Shown here: piece by piece, positions 25,713-37,061 of the stretch
How positions within the stretch are numbered: position 1 is the first letter of the stretch
How the letters are laid out: every line of letters starts with the position of its first letter
NCBI GenBank assembly: GCA_964199315.1
Contig: OZ116709.1
Coordinates: forward strand, 2,728,001 to 2,792,000
Origin: Orbicella franksi
Lineage: Eukaryota
Reading direction: 5' to 3'
DNA length: 64,000 nt
Program-made: the position numbers and the translations under genes
Notes under the pieces: generated by a model
Told to the model about the DNA's origin: nothing
Databases searched by the model: none
Seen by the model: the letters and a program-made list of their open reading frames with translations, nothing else

Positions 25713-26724
25713 AGTGCCTATAACCCCAAAACATTTTTTTCGCCTAATCAAATCTCTGTATGGAATTGGGAAAAATGTCGCAAAAATTTTTGAATTCGGT
25801 TAAAACCCGAATTTTTTACGAATTTTTAAAGTTGGCGCTGTTAAGAGCACGACCGAGCATTCGGGAGAATGGGACTAGTGACGTCATTCCAGGCCATTGC
25901 CAGCGTCGCTCCAGTATAAACTCTCACGTTGTTTTGTGTGTGGGATAGAGTACTGAGGGTTAGTTTTTCGTCAAAAGAACTTTTATTTGACTCAACAAAA
26001 GTTTGAATATTCAAACGTACTTATAATGTCGTCCAGCGATTCTAGCTATGACTCTAGCTCGGACTCTGAGGCCGCAGAGGTCGAGGTCGAGTACGACTTA
26101 GAAGTCGAGGGTTCATCAAACCCGAGCGAACACGAAACCTCAGATGATGAACCAGATGCCTATGCGAATGAGCCGATGGCAGACGAGGAATGGCTGGCTC
26201 AATATGAAGAGGAAAGAAAAACGGAGGAAGAACTAGAGAAGAATCTTCAAAACCGATTAAGTGGATCAGAGGAAATCAAAGAATGGTTAGTTGGCATTGT
26301 TTTGCGTTGCTAGCGAAGTCAACCCATTGCTTTCTTCTTTTTCGCTTCTGCGGTTCATCAGCCCCTTCAAAAGGTATGGGATGAAGCGAAATACCTTCTG
26401 CCTTACTTGGCTTATTATTACAGCCGAAAACAACGCATTTATCTGGCATTTTCAAGATTTCTGACCTTCCGAAGCGAAGCAAACGCGGTTCCAAACAAGA
26501 AAGCGATCAATGGCCTGGAATGACGTCACAAGTTTCGCTATACCCAGACCCTTTTCAGTGACTCTGTGACTCGGTCGTGTTTTGAAAAAGTGCCATTTTT
26601 CCGATCTTTAAAAAATCATAAAAAATCGCGGTTTGAACCGAATTAAAAAATTTTTGCGACATTTTTCCCAATTCCGTACAGAGATTTAATTAAGCGCAAA
26701 AACTTTTTTGGTGTTATAGGCACT
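25713..26724. mobile_element. Internally deleted Kolobok transposon keeping the 5' ends of KolX (+) and the THAP transposase (-)
   Basis: TTAA at 25709-25712 and 26725-26728. Imperfect ~100-bp TIR starting agtgcctataac. Plus-strand acidic ORF from ATG 26026 (..EPMADEEW..RLSGSEEIKEW|gttagt) resembles a KolX N-terminus. Minus-strand ORF from ATG 26449 (MPDKCVVFGCNN..GISLHPIP..RRKQWVDF) is a THAP N-terminus. Confidence 0.85.
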
Positions 26725-26887
26725 TTAAGACCCGGGGGTTTCAGCAATTTGCTCCCTTGAGCAATGTCCTAACCTCAGGTGCGCGCGTGAACACCCGCGT
26801 GCGGCGCGTGGACCGCATCACGCGGGCGACAGTCATCACGAAAACGAGGCCAGCGCCATATTGGAAAGTGCTGAACTCAAAAGAATC

Positions 26888-29800
26888 ATGCCAAAGCGAA
26901 AAGAAGCGAGTGAAGAGGACACTAGAGGTGGGTAGTAGTTGCTAACTTATGCCATTGTAAGCGTGAGGAAATATTTAATACGGCGTGTTTAATGATCAAG
27001 AGTTCACACGATATATGCGTCCGTAACTCAAAACGTTCCTCCGAAACAAGAATGAAACTCCGAGCGAGGTTGTAGAATGAGTTATCTTGCATTAAGGTTC
27101 CGCTTTCTTATCTTATCTGCTTTATCACATACTTGTACTGTGGACATGTAGTGATCTGGGTCGATTTCAACCGAGTTGTGTTTCGTTAAACTTGCGTTCA
27201 GAAGGGAGAGGTTAGCTTTTGATCAGGATGTAAGCTTTGAATCGAATATGCAAAATGTAACTATGGCTTTTTTGTTAATAAAAATAATATTCCTCTAAAA
27301 AATATATAAACCTCAATTAGGTAATGATTAGGATAAGGGGTAACCAGGTCAAATCATTTGAATAACTAAGCAAAATAAGGTTATGGTAAACTTAAAAGTG
27401 GAGCATTGTATTGTTTTGCTTACGTTAGATAACTGAGTATCAGGTTAACATGATGACCATATATATTATCTTATTTATATTATGAATATTCCCTCACGGA
27501 AAATAGAATGTCAAGTAAAATATTCTGATTGGAAAGGATGCAACATACTAAGGGTGTTAATTTATGCCCTTCATTTCTCTCTTCATAGAGTCTTCTTCTA
27601 CATCCCCTAAAAAGAAACACAAGCACAAACATAAAAAGCACAAGAAAAAGAAGGATCATGGACCTGAGGGTTATGATGAGGAACGTAAAAAGGAAAAGAA
27701 CAAAGACAAGAGCAGATCAAGAGAGAAAGAAAAAGACAGGGACATGAACAAAGATGAAGGAAAAGCTGTGACCCTTAAGATAAAACTCAGGGGTGAAACT
27801 TTAGCAACAACACAGTGAGTTAACAAATAGCTGAAGTCATGTAATGTGACACTGTATCTGGGATTAAAATTATAGTAAAGGAGAATAGGATTGCTTAGTG
27901 CCATGGTAACATTGCTTGTGGAGCAAGTGAATTCTCCTACATCATCCCTCACAGACCTATTATTGTAATAAGAAAATTGACACCCAGTTTCAAACTGGTG
28001 AGCTGGTAATGACAGTTGGACATCAGTTGCCATACATTTGTGAGCGAGTATGACATGCTCATTAGGAAAGCTTGAATGTGTGGTTGACAAAAGTTATGCT
28101 TGTCAAGAGGGCTCATTTCATTGACAAATTATATAATTCATATTTGTACAGGCAATTCTTTTCTATTTCTCTCACAAAAGTAGCAGCAGCACCATTTTAC
28201 ATTTACTTGTGTGTTTTTAGAATGGCCAAAATAGTTCCAGTTAAATTACCAGAGCCTGTTATAACCAGTGGGGAGGAGGAAGAAGCTGAAGAGGACAGTT
28301 ACCAGCCATCTTGGCAAGGTTAGTACTGAACAAAAACCAATATAATATCTATAGATACTGAAGTACTACTATATCTAAAGTATACAGGCAATAATATTAT
28401 GTAAAGTTCTACATGCTGAAATGTCTCTACATATGTTAGTTATAAACCAAGGCACAGTGAGTCCAATACTGTTTATCTAGTGTGACACTGGCAGATTTAT
28501 CCAAGAGCAAGCATTAATTTATGAAAGTTTTGATAATGCAATAATAAATATGGGTTATTGACCAAGTGTGAGGTCAAGATGGCTGGATATTGGCCAAGTT
28601 CTTTTTTTGCGTGTTTATGGACCAAGATGGAGTTGAGGTCCATAAACACGCAAAAAAAGAACAAGGCCAATATCCAGCCATCTTGGCTGAACAAGGTTGG
28701 TCAATAAAGGATTTATTATATGGCTTTCGGGGAAATTTTTCTTGCAGGACACGGTGGGTAGTCCTGAGTGGGCAAGATAGCTCCATCTTGCCCACTCCGG
28801 TAGCTAATCACAGCACAGGATTTGATTCATCTTGCCCGCTCACAGAGCTAGCCATATAATAATAGGTGTTATTGGTGACTATTCCTTTAGGAAGTGAAAA
28901 AGAAGAACCTGAAGTTGCAGAGAAACATCATGGAGATTCTGATGAGTATGTCACAGTTTCCAGTATCTTATTATTCTAATGGCAATCAGGTTACATGTTC
29001 CTTGATAGACTGCAAGATAAGTACAGTAAATTCCAAGCTACAGTCTCATAAAAGTTAGAGCTGAATATTTTTGTATCGTTCTACAGACAAGAAGAGCAGA
29101 AGTGGTTAGACGCTTTAGAGAAAGGTGAACTGGATGACTTTGGGCGGGTCAAACAGGACAAGGATGTGAGCATGATGACTGCGAGACAGGTATGATCCCT
29201 ACAAGATGTGAAATTCTCGTTTGCGCTTTTTGTGCATTGCAATTTCCTGTGGCAGTTTGGTGATATCAGTAAGTGTTGCTAGAAAAAATTATTACCCATG
29301 TGCCAACTTTCACTCTACTTGGAAATTAAAGTGATGGCAGATGGTACGTACACTGTTAGTAGCAAAATAACTACAGCATTAGCTGTGTTGAATCAACTCT
29401 CTTTCTCTTGGCTTGGAAGTAAGACTTCCTTTCATAAAGTGAGAAATTTATTTTGCCTACATTTTTTCAGAGAGCCATGCTTGGACATGAAATAGAGGGT
29501 GAAAATCAACTTTTGGAGCTTCCAACAGGTATTTGAAAGAATTGATTTGCTAAGAGAATTTCCCATTATAATAATTTATTATATACCAGTACTACATGGT
29601 TTTATTTCAATGTTTCACCATGTTTGATAATTTCAGAACCAAGGCGAAAAAATGAAGACACTGAAGAAGCTCAGAAGAGACGAAAGCAAAGAGCCAAGAA
29701 GAGAAAACAGCAAATGCAGAAAAAAATTGAGGAAAACAAGGTAAATGTTAAAATATAATTTAAGTCATTACAAAAGATCTTTATAATTCACTCTTGTTTT

Positions 29801-30581
29801 CAATTTTGAACAGACTCAAACCGTGAAGAAACTGCTGGATAGAGAAGCTACAAGATCACGCAAAGAAGAGGAGAAGGTATAATATAGAGGAGTCTTTCAT
29901 TGAATCCAAATTTGGATCATATTTTGCATTATCACTGAAAGTAACATGTGACATTTCTTACTGCAGGCCCGGAAAAGGAAGCAAGAAGTACCTCACATTA
30001 GGTACATCAGTAATCACACAGGATTCGCTTTGTCCTTTTCTAAAGGGTTGGAGTTTCCATTACAAGTGCAATCCACTCAAGGGTAAGTTATTAATTTGAT
30101 ATTTGGAATAAAATTAGATGGGTGGGATTGAATTTCAAGGTTTCTTCTGTTTGTGTTTGGTCACTTCTTATCACCCTTTGAAACCACTGTATCACAAAAG
30201 TCTTGAATTTGATAAATGTGACTGTAATCATAAGGATACAACTGTAAAAGCTAAATGGTGCAATCAATGCACCAGTGACCCATTTAGGGCTACTGTATGG
30301 ACATAAGCAAGAAACTATCTCTACTGTAAAACCCAGCTGGATCATATTGACTTTGTGTGGTTTGTATTGTTTATTTGTCATGATTTTTGTTCCAGTAAAC
30401 AACTGATGCATGAAATGTTTGGTACTTTCTTAGATCTCCAAAGCCAAAGCCGACATGTTCAGCTCAAGGATGTAACAATTTGAAGAAATACTCATGTTCC
30501 AGCAATGACCTGCCAGTTTGCAGTATGGCATGTTACAAGAAGGTTCAACTCATTCCTGGGAGAACAGAAGCTGTTGTATAA
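26888..30581 (+). CDS. INO80B: INO80 complex subunit B (PAPA-1 domain, C-terminal HIT zinc finger), ~336 aa
   Basis: Exons 26888-26927, 27589-27814, 28221-28318, 28891-28945, 29087-29189, 29471-29528, 29637-29740, 29814-29876, 29967-30082, 30434-30581; total 1011 nt. Motifs KKKHKHKHKKHKK, LKIKLRG, KWLDALEKGELDD, MTARQRA, TQTVKKLL, CSAQGC..KKYSCS....PVCSMACYK. Confidence 0.93.
28542..28863. repeat. Interspersed repeat with a central 48-bp hairpin (INO80B intron 3)
   Basis: Termini taataaatatgggttattgaccaag / gccatataataa. Stem arms 28576-28623 and 28637-28684 with 2 mismatches and a 13-nt loop. Confidence 0.75.
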
Positions 30582-31842
30582 CAAGTCAAATCAACTAAAT
30601 GCAGTATTATTTTCCCATGGATTTCAGACTCTAGATTATAATGTCAGATCTGAAAGACTGAACATCCTGAAGAAAGTGAAACCACTGGTATTTTTAATCT
30701 CCATAATGTGTAAATTTGCATGAATATTTTGTCTGATACCTTTTTCAGGCCAAATCCCTTTTTTGTCCAAAATGGTATTTTTGCCATTGTATTTGTTTCA
30801 TTTTGGTTACCCCTTCTTTATATAATTATTATATTGTATACTAAAGGGAGTGAAACGTTTGTCAGTTTTTGAAAAATTGGAATGTTTTTTTCAAGTAACT
30901 ATTTAATGGAGACTTGAGGAGTTTCAAAGTTGCTCAGTTGTTAATACATGACAATAATATTTTATTACAAGCTTGAAGATTATAATTGAAGTTGACAACG
31001 ATTTATCAATACAAACAAGGCAGGTTTCAAGTTACAATTGATTTTCTGTCAGTTGTCAAGACAATTTTGCTATGGGCTGGGATGAGCAGTTCATTTATGA
31101 ACTCCAATCTGATAATATTATCATTAACACTACTAACAGTTTTCTAATTGCCCATCTACTGATGTAACACAGCAATTTGTTTTTCTGGGGTTAGTTTGTG
31201 ACAAAACTGTACAATAATAATCTCAAACTTGACTACTGCATGTATGTTATATTTATATAACTATGTAATATCAGGGTCTACTGCAGATTGCCTATATAGA
31301 GTAATCTGATGAAAAGTCATTTCTCTCTAAAATAGCCCTCAGGGTAGTAGTCAATTGTATGCTTTGTGGCTATAAAATTCAAAACTTGGTGAGCTATCTA
31401 TGCCAACATTTTTTGTTTATGAGGTAGACGGGGTGGGGGTGGGGGGTGGGCTCCATCATATGGAATGGAATATTTAAGACATAAAGAACAATACCAGCAC
31501 ATTACTTTTCATAAGTGTTGATTGCTATCTATCTTTCTCTTACAGCTCACATTTAATATTAATAAGATCAAATAAAAATTACCCTAATTGAAGGTTGTTT
31601 TAAATCTAACAGGAACATTTCACAGGAACCAAACACCAAATCGGTCTTTCTAATATAGTACAGAAAAAATACACAATAATATTTAGTTTTGTTGTACAGT
31701 ACATGTTGTACAGTACATGTAAGTTATTTTTTGTTCATTAAAAAAGACATTCAGTTATGTTGTGAAAGTGGTTCACTTGTTTGTTCACAAATGCTTAATA
31801 ACATTTGTGCATAACAGGCTCAATATACTGTATTGTTTCTCA

Positions 31843-33565
31843 TCAGAGATTAGCATCATACCATACACTGAAACAAAGAAAAAAGTTAAAAAGTTAACCC
31901 CTTGCAGTTCCAAAAAAAAACACTAGCTACTTCTTTGATTAACCTTAAACATGTCTTTATGTAGATGTACCGAAGCCATGCCTGAAACATCTACCTATCC
32001 AAGCTTATGTCTTGACAATGAACTGCTGATATCTGCACTACCCTAGAATTCCGAAAGTAAAAGTCACTGTTACTTTTTGATTTAGTAGGCAAAGGGGGCC
32101 ACTACTTTTGGGTAGCTGTTACTTTTGGATGGTTAAAAAAATGTTCGTACGGCACATGTAATTCACAGTCACTTCAGACAAAGGGGACACATAACACATG
32201 AAATTAAAAGTTCCATTTGTGTATGTTTCTAACTACCCACATAAACAAAGCAGAATGTATAAACAAAAAAGGCTCTCAATGTTGGTTAGTGGTACCGTAG
32301 GGTGAACGTATAATGGTCGCATCATATTGCAGAACAACTAATTACACTGAGTGTATCATTTGACGTCACTAACAGACAAATACAGCCTATAAATCATAGT
32401 TTCAAGAAACATTCAGTTAAGTTCGAAATAAAATCACAAATAACTCCTGAAAGAAGTTCAGTCCTGCAGTCAGGCTTTTTCATTCACATTGCGCTTTCAA
32501 GAGATCAGAGAGTTTCTCTTCTAGTGACTTCTTGAAAGAGCCGCTACTTTCGGATGGGCCGTTACTTTCAGGGAGACCGTTAATTTCAGGGTTCAATAGG
32601 AAGGTAAAAATTTAATGTTACATTCAGGGAGCAGTTATTTTCAGGAAGGGGTGCGTTACTTTTGAAATTCTATGGTAATATCTATCAACATAAATCAATG
32701 TGATTTGTCCATCTTCCACTCAATATTACTGATGTGTCTGCAAAGCTGAGTTTGAGATGTGTCCGCCTGTGAGACCCAGTTTAAACTTCACGTAGTCAAA
32801 AATGTGTAAAAAAGAGCTTCTTAATGTCACTCCACCAATAGAAAAACTGATTAGAATAGATGCATGATGGTACAGTGTGATCAGTCCAAGTCTGGTACTC
32901 TCTCTGTCATGTCTAGCCTGTCAGAGAGAGAGCCAAACCGGACTACTCTCAGAAGTGTGCAACTCTCAGAAGCAGAATTTGTTTACCATTCAGTGAATGC
33001 TGTGTCATCAGGGTGTTTCAAAATGATTTCTTTAACCTCCTCGGGAGGGTAGAGTCCATATTCCTTAGCTCGCTCCCATCTCTGTAGCCTGGTAATTCCT
33101 AAAAAGTAAATATACCAAACCAGTAAATAGCCTGGTGGAGTCCAAGAGACTAAGAACTTCCTAATAGGGCCTCAAGTATTATTGAAACGAGACAAAAGTT
33201 GAAACAAATATTTCACTCTTTTTAATTCATTCTTTTTATGAGTAATAAACAACAAATATAACATACCAATACATGGTCCAAATTCGGAATCTAAGTCGAA
33301 TTCTTTTAAGACCGAGAGCTCCTCTGTGAGGTCCGAAGTTTGATCCTTCAAAACTTCGGCATCTGTGCAACATTTTTGAAACAAAGTAGAAACTTTACAG
33401 ACCTTTACACTTCGCACCAGATTAATTCACAGCGAATAAAAACAGCTTAAGGTTAACCTCACCGTTTTCGCTTAAGGCTGAAGTTTTTTTTGGCTGTTCT
33501 TTTTGGTTAATCGGCCTGTCCTTCTTGACTTTCGGAAAGGCATCAGTTATAAGTTTGGACGCCAT
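31843..33565 (-). CDS. POLD4: DNA polymerase delta subunit 4 (p12), ~111 aa
   Basis: Exons (-) 33565-33463, 33362-33267, 33098-32987, 31867-31843; total 336 nt. PIP-box-like KLITDAF. Core LKEFDLDSEFGPCIGITRLQRWERAKEYGLYPPEEV. C-terminus ECVWYDANL. Confidence 0.9.
32041..32675. mobile_element. Tc1/mariner-type MITE (TA target site) in POLD4 intron 3
   Basis: TA|ccctagaattccgaaagtaa ... ttacttttgaaattctatgg|TA; internal cgttactttc-like subrepeats. Confidence 0.65.
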
Positions 33566-33901
33566 GTTTCAGTTAGGCAAAAAACACAGCTGAAAAGAAA
33601 ATGCGAAGTCCTGGAGCAACACTCCGATTGGTCAAGGGGACGCACAAACGCGCAACCAAGCGACAGGAAAATTAGGAATCGGTGATCCGTAACCTGAAAT
33701 TTAGGATCTTGGAATATCTCTCTGTACACTTACTTTTGTGGCTAGCAGGTTACCCTTCACAAGTTTTAGACACAAATTATGAGCAATAAATGAAATTAGA
33801 ATAATTTGGGTGAAAAATAAAACATTCAGCCAATCTTTTTCTGCTTCATTAAAATGCTCATAACCAGGGCTCCTGCCATAATCAACATATTAAGAAAATT
33901 A

Positions 33902-34116
33902 TAGACTGTTCACAGCCCTCTATTATCTCATATTTTAATTCGATCACTGAGCAGGCAGATAGAATCGCGAGAGAACTGGATGCCAGTGCAAAGTGAGAGA
34001 CTTGAGGGAGGAGGGGGTGGCTTGCTTCCCTGCCCCTACCCCCTTGTGCTTCTCACTTGCTTAGCTTGCTTTTTCTTTTGCATGTGATGAATAATAGAGA
34101 GACTGTGAACAGTCTA
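33902..34116. mobile_element. MITE
   Basis: 14-bp perfect TIR tagactgttcacag / ctgtgaacagtcta. Confidence 0.75.
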
Positions 34117-35248
34117 ATTTACTAGTAATAAAATCAAAGCAGTATACAAGTAGCTTCTTCATGCACAGTTCTATAAACTGTATCATGCTTTGGTTTAGGC
34201 TCTGATAACCAGGGCAGGTTCCTCGAGCAAGGCCAGCTCTCCCTCCCCCCTCCCTACAAACAAAAAAAGAAAACAATAACTGTAATTAAGTTTTTTCTGT
34301 AGAAAGCCTAAAAACTATCATTTGCCACAAGAAAAAAGAAGAAATCTGTGGCGAGACTCATTTTCCTTTGCTTGCAGGATTGTTACCGAGCATAATGTGG
34401 GATCTCATTGTTTGCTTTGTCCCCATTAATGGTCCCACTAGCCTGCACAGCAAGTATTCTGAGGGAGAGGGTGAACAAATAAAGTTTAGTTGTGTTAAAA
34501 TTGGGGCAAGAGTAAATAATAAACAAATACAGTTCTTTAATTGCTGCCGTGGTTATGTACCAGACGTGTGAGTGCGAGGTCTATATCCTTTCATCGTCCT
34601 TCACTGTAAATGTGTCACCTGAGCACCCCGCTGACCACCATTGCTGGATTAGCAAGCTAAAGATAATTATATTAAGTAAAGATTAAAGAAGTGGGGTGAG
34701 AAAGCGAGCAAATGCAACCTAATAAGCACCCTAGGTATCTTCTCGTTTCTATTAAAAGTGGAAAATATGCACTTTTGTTTCAACCGGTTATGCTATAATT
34801 GCTATAATAATGTGGCAGCAAGTTTTGCTATCTTTTCTACTGAGCTTTTTGAGACAAATACACGTTATAATATTTTGCTAATCTTATAGTAATTACCAGT
34901 ATCAGAAGCTTAACACCTTGCAGAGGTGATATGCTTCTGCCAGTATATAGTAGATAGCGAATAAAAAGGAAACAAACACTGGCTTTGTTTGACTTAAATA
35001 GAAAGCTCCCATTGCATCTAATGATGTGGGCGGGCTTAATTCCACATTTTGTACATGTAAATAAATTAAAGTACTGAGTTTTATAAAGTAAAGCTAAGTT
35101 ATCACTCTGTTTTAAACACGATAAAGTTAATGATTTTTAAAAGTTCTGATAGCTTCACCAGGTAACAAATCCATACTTTTATGGAAATTGATGATTCTTT
35201 AGTTACCACTGACAATGAACATTTGAGATAGCTTAGCTTTACAAAGGG

Positions 35249-37061
35249 CTACTTGAAAAGTGTTTTCAATCTATCTCTGTCTTCTGCATCATGTTCTTTG
35301 GCAAGCCTTTCTAGTTCTACAAGCTCTTTCTTGACAGTTTTTGTGAGTGATGGATCAAGAACTGCTACTCTATTGAAATCCTCTCTGGCTTCCTTAGGAT
35401 TCCAACATTTCACATGAGCCTTGGCACGTCGATATAAAGCCTTGACATTGTCTTTATCTTTTTCAAGCACTGTCGTTGTATGCTCAATAACTTCATAGTA
35501 ATCACCAAGAAAAAGCTTACACTGAGCATAGTTCAATAAGAAAGGAATTTTCATTCTGTCAAGGTTAAGCCAAGGTGTGTCACCAGGTTTTTCATGCAGA
35601 CAAAGCTGTTCCAAGCAACCCAATGCCTCGGCATACTTTTCTGCAGCTTCTTTGTACCTTTTCTGTTGATATAGTCTATTTCCAGCTTCTTTTAAGCTTG
35701 GTACATTGGACAATTTCTCATCAGCATCCATCTGCCAAGTTTCCTTCTGGAACTCACCAGGTTTCTCATATTTTAAAAGTTCTATTTCAAAGATAAGATC
35801 TTGTTCATTGACAAGCAAGTCGTCTAAGTCTGGATAACCAGTTGATTTCATGGCAGACAAACTGCAAGAATGTTCATGATGATTATGTTCTTCTGTTAAT
35901 TCTCCTTTTGCTTTCTTTGCAACTGTACGGAGACTCTTGGAAACTATTGCATAGCCTCCTACAAGCTAACAACACAAGTGTTAAGTTAAAACTGCGTATC
36001 ACTATTAACAAAAAGAAATCATAACAGTGGCCAGCTTTCACATGTTCACAATTTGGCCAACGCATCAGGCAAAATCCTCTTATTTATGTATATTTCCAGC
36101 ACAAATTAAGGCGTTTCATTATAATGAATGACTTCTAAGAGCCATTTCATTCACGATCTTCAGAGGAGGGAGTATAAGTGGAATGGCACAGATATCTGCT
36201 TTAGGAGGGATAGGGGTTTCATTGAGGGTCAGACACAGGATAAATTGACTGGTTGTGAGGTGACTTTGCCAGCCTGGTTTGACCATGTATGGAAAAGTGT
36301 TTCTTAATATAAAGAAAATAAACACTGCACCACTTATTAACCAATATTGAGGTCTTTACTGGAAAATCTCAAACTGAGACCTTGCAGTATTGACTGAGCA
36401 ATAGTGAGGTCAATACTGGAAGGCTGAGTTTTGAGATCTTCCCATAAAAACCGAAAGTTTGAGGTTAATAAGTTGTTTATTATATGGCTTTTTGCTTTGT
36501 TTTTGCAGGCCCATAATCGGCCTGTGGGCATTACAGGATAACAATGCCCTACAATTAGCCAATCAGAGTGCACGTTATATCGGCTAGAAACACAAGCCAT
36601 ATAATAAAAGCTAGTAAAACGTAGCTAACGTACAAAAAAAAAATATAAGCTTAATAAGATTTTAGCTGATCTTACCGATTTATCACAAGTGAAACGAGCG
36701 ATTTCTTTTTCTCTCATTGTTTTTATAAGTTCCTCCCAAACTTCCAGCTTGAATTTCTTCCCGATAAGGAGCTCAAAGGGCTGTCCAAGATCACGACTGC
36801 AGTCTATCGGCGTCTTGTCCTCATCGTTTTTGAACGTTTTGAAATGAAAAGTAGCCTAAAAATCCAAAGGATTTGTGAGTATATCTACTTTTAATTTATC
36901 TTATGTCTCGCGAGACCATTTAAATTTACCTACAAGAAGTCTTTATGAGTAGTTAATTTCACCTTAGATCCGTGTTCAAATAATGGTATTTCCCCTTCTC
37001 CAGCGTAAAGAACGTTTTTTGTGATCAAAGCTTGAGATTTTAGCTTGTTCGCTCTCGCCAT
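35249..37061 (-). CDS. AIP: Aryl hydrocarbon receptor-interacting protein (FKBP-like domain plus TPRs), ~331 aa
   Basis: Exons (-) 37061-36963, 36855-36676, 35965-35249; total 996 nt. Motifs GSK|ATFHFKT, PFELLIGKKFKLEVWE, SKSLR, LIFEIELL, GNRLY..K.Y.EA..KY, LLNYAQCKL, KALYRRAKAH, EAREDF. Confidence 0.95.
36334..36607. repeat. Hairpin-containing interspersed repeat (AIP intron 2)
   Basis: Termini ttattaaccaa / gccatataataa; central imperfect inverted repeat around gac...ggtc. Confidence 0.65.

Noticed and set aside
28497-28859. Similar ORFs on both strands (FFFCVFMD...HKHAKKE.GQYPAIL)
   Set aside because: Artefact of the 48-bp hairpin in the repeat.
31430-31450. G-run tract with G-quadruplex potential (similar purine/G tract near 645-670; poly-C at ~5945 and ~21346)
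   Set aside because: Real simple sequence, but nothing here supports a function.
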